NCBI GenBank assembly: GCA_964385635.1
Contig: CAYLPU010000011.1
Span: 133 to 64,132, forward strand
Reading direction: 5' to 3'
DNA from: an uncultured Anaerolineales bacterium
GTDB lineage: Bacteria; Chloroflexota; Anaerolineae; B4-G1
Length of the DNA stretch: 64,000 bases
Of the stretch, positions 62,468 to 64,000 are shown one piece after another. The notes beneath the pieces are model-generated. The model made no database searches. It was not told where the DNA came from and saw only the letters and a list, made by a program, of their open reading frames with translations. The translations under genes and the position numbers were made by a program. Numbering within the stretch: position 1 is the first letter of the stretch; every line of letters begins with the position of its first letter.

Positions 62468-64000
62468 ATGGAAAGGCCCTGGTTGAAACACTACGATGAG
62501 GGGGTGCCGGCGACGATAGATTACCCGCCGATCCCACTGGATCAATTCCTGACGGACGCGGCGGCCAAGCACCCCGGCCACCGCCACCATCTTTGGTGCG
62601 GCGGTCGGCTCGCGTGTCTTGGACGCCAGCCTCACCTATCGGGAACTGAACGACGCGGTGAACCGCTTCGCGGCTGGCCTGCAGCGTAAGGGGGTCAAGA
62701 AGGGGGACCGGGTGGCGATCATGCTCCCGAACTGTCCGCAGTTCATCATCGCCGCCTACGCTACCTGGCGCGTCGGTGGTATCGTCGTCTGCTGCAACCC
62801 GCTGTACGTCGCCCGTGAGGTCGAGCACCTGCTCAATGACTCTGGCACAGAGACGATCGTTGTGATGAGCAGCCTCTACGAGCGGGTCAGGTCCATCCGC
62901 GCCAACACCGGCCTGAGGCAGGTGATCGTCACCAACATCAAAGAGTACTTCCCCGGCCTGCTCAAGTTCCTGTTTGCGCTGACCAAGGAGAAGAAAGAGG
63001 GCCACAAGGTGGACATCTCCGGCGACGCGGACACCTATTGGTTTCAGGACATCATCCGGACCGCGCAAGCGCGGCTCAGGCCGGTAGAGGTCATTCCGGG
63101 AGACATCGCTACCTTGATCTACACCGGCGGCCCCAAGGGCGCGCAACTCACGCATCGTAACCTGGTCTCCAACGCCACCCTGCTCAACATCTGGGCGAGA
63201 AGCAGGGAGGCCGAGGACGTGATGATCGCTGTCATGCCCTACTTCCACGTCTACGGCCTGACGGTGGGCATGAACACCTGCATTGCCAATGCGGCAACGA
63301 TCGTCCAAATCCCCAATCCGCGCGACATGGTGCACGTGCTCAAGTCCATCGAGAAGCACCGCGTCACATTCTATCCCGGCGTGCCGACTATGTTCATCGG
63401 CTTCAACAACTTCCCGGACAGGGATCAGTACAACCTGACATCGCTCCGCTTTGCGGTCAGCGCGGCTGCCCCGCTGGCCCCGGAAGTGCAGGAGCGTTTC
63501 GAGGCGATCACCGGCTGCAAGATGGTCGAAGCATACGGATTGACCGAGACCAGTCCGGCCGCGTGCATGGATCCGATTGATCACCCGCGTGCCCGCTCCA
63601 TCGGCGTGCCGGTGCCCGACACCGACCTCAAGATCGTGGATGCAGACACAGGTACACAGGAGTTGCCCGTGGGTGAGGTCGGCGAGATCATCATCAAAGG
63701 CCCCCAGGTCATGAAGGGGTACTGGAAGATGCCCACTGAGACGGCAAACGCGCTGCGCACTGGCCCCGATGATCAGCCTGGCTGGTTCTACTCCGGCGAC
63801 ATCGGCTACATGGACGAGGATGGCTATTTCCACATCGTGGACCGCAAGAAGGATATCATCATCGCTGGCGGCTACAACATCTATCCCGCCGACGTGGAGG
63901 CGGTGCTGTTCGAGCACCCCAAGGTCAGGGAAGCGGCGGCGGTCGGCGTGCTGGACCCGCGCCGGGGCGAGACAGTCAAGGCGTTCATCGTGCTCAAGGA
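62468..64000 (+). pseudogene. Long-chain fatty-acid--CoA ligase (AMP-binding), frameshifted near 62579 and lacking 4 residues of the AMP-binding P-loop; 3' end beyond window
   Basis: MERPWLKHYDEGVPATIDYP...AAKHPG in frame 1 continues TATIFGAAV...LTYRELNDAVNRFAAGL...GYGLTE...GDIGYMDEDGYFHIVDRKKD in the next frame. The motif reads IYTGGPKGAQLTHRN instead of YTGGTTGxPKGA. Confidence 0.75.

Noticed and set aside
1-64000. Search by eye for tRNA, rRNA, tmRNA, RNase P, SRP RNA, riboswitch or CRISPR signatures in intergenic regions.
   Set aside because: No T-loop GGTTCGAATCC-type motifs, rRNA-like stretches or repeat-spacer arrays were seen. The intergenic regions are short, and the longer ones are explained by promoters, terminators or the MITEs. 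A covariance-model scan would be needed to exclude small ncRNAs.

Overview
GC-rich bacterial chromosomal segment. Pro/Thr-rich linkers, PEWL-type TPR proteins, an NHLP-like small protein and large ATPase-TPR-BTAD regulators suggest Chloroflexota, with low confidence. All coordinates were derived by hand from the printed sequence. About 55 protein genes are supportable, and I saw no rRNA, tRNA or CRISPR array. Most of the window is housekeeping: rph, nfnAB-like oxidoreductase, ndk, rsfS, asparaginase, smc, rnc, ftsY, prfB, tilS, rocD, mreB and arfB. Cell-envelope and sugar genes are interspersed. Eight things stand out.

1. Two ORF-track ORFs (51102..51821 and 51840..52199) are one GrdB/PrdB-family selenoprotein gene. 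They are joined by an in-frame UGA in a U-x-x-C motif with a SECIS-like hairpin, and a YgfK-like oxidoreductase lies nearby.
2. Two 100% identical 161-bp elements with terminal inverted repeats and different 8-bp target-site duplications sit at 11.1 kb and 34.5 kb. This is a MITE-like, highly structured mobile element.
3. A STAND-TPR-BTAD regulator is followed by direct repeats and two abutting small ORFs: a signal-peptide pre-peptide and an NHLP-like protein. This may be a peptide-signalling or RiPP-like module.
4. A chain of five genes joined by 4-11 nt overlaps runs GT2 > MNT > HEPN > threonine-synthase::MazG fusion > RNase III.
5. smc carries matched tandem duplications in both coiled-coil arms.
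6. A Type I R-M locus (hsdR-hsdM-hsdS) has an embedded AAA-ATPase/RloB pair with its own promoter and palindrome.
7. prfB has the classical +1 programmed frameshift, which the ORF track splits.
8. Gene lesions cluster between 45 and 64 kb: three non-homopolymer frameshifts, a G10-tract frameshift, an in-frame TGA and an in-frame P-loop deletion.

Long ORFs antisense to these genes are treated as GC-driven shadows.
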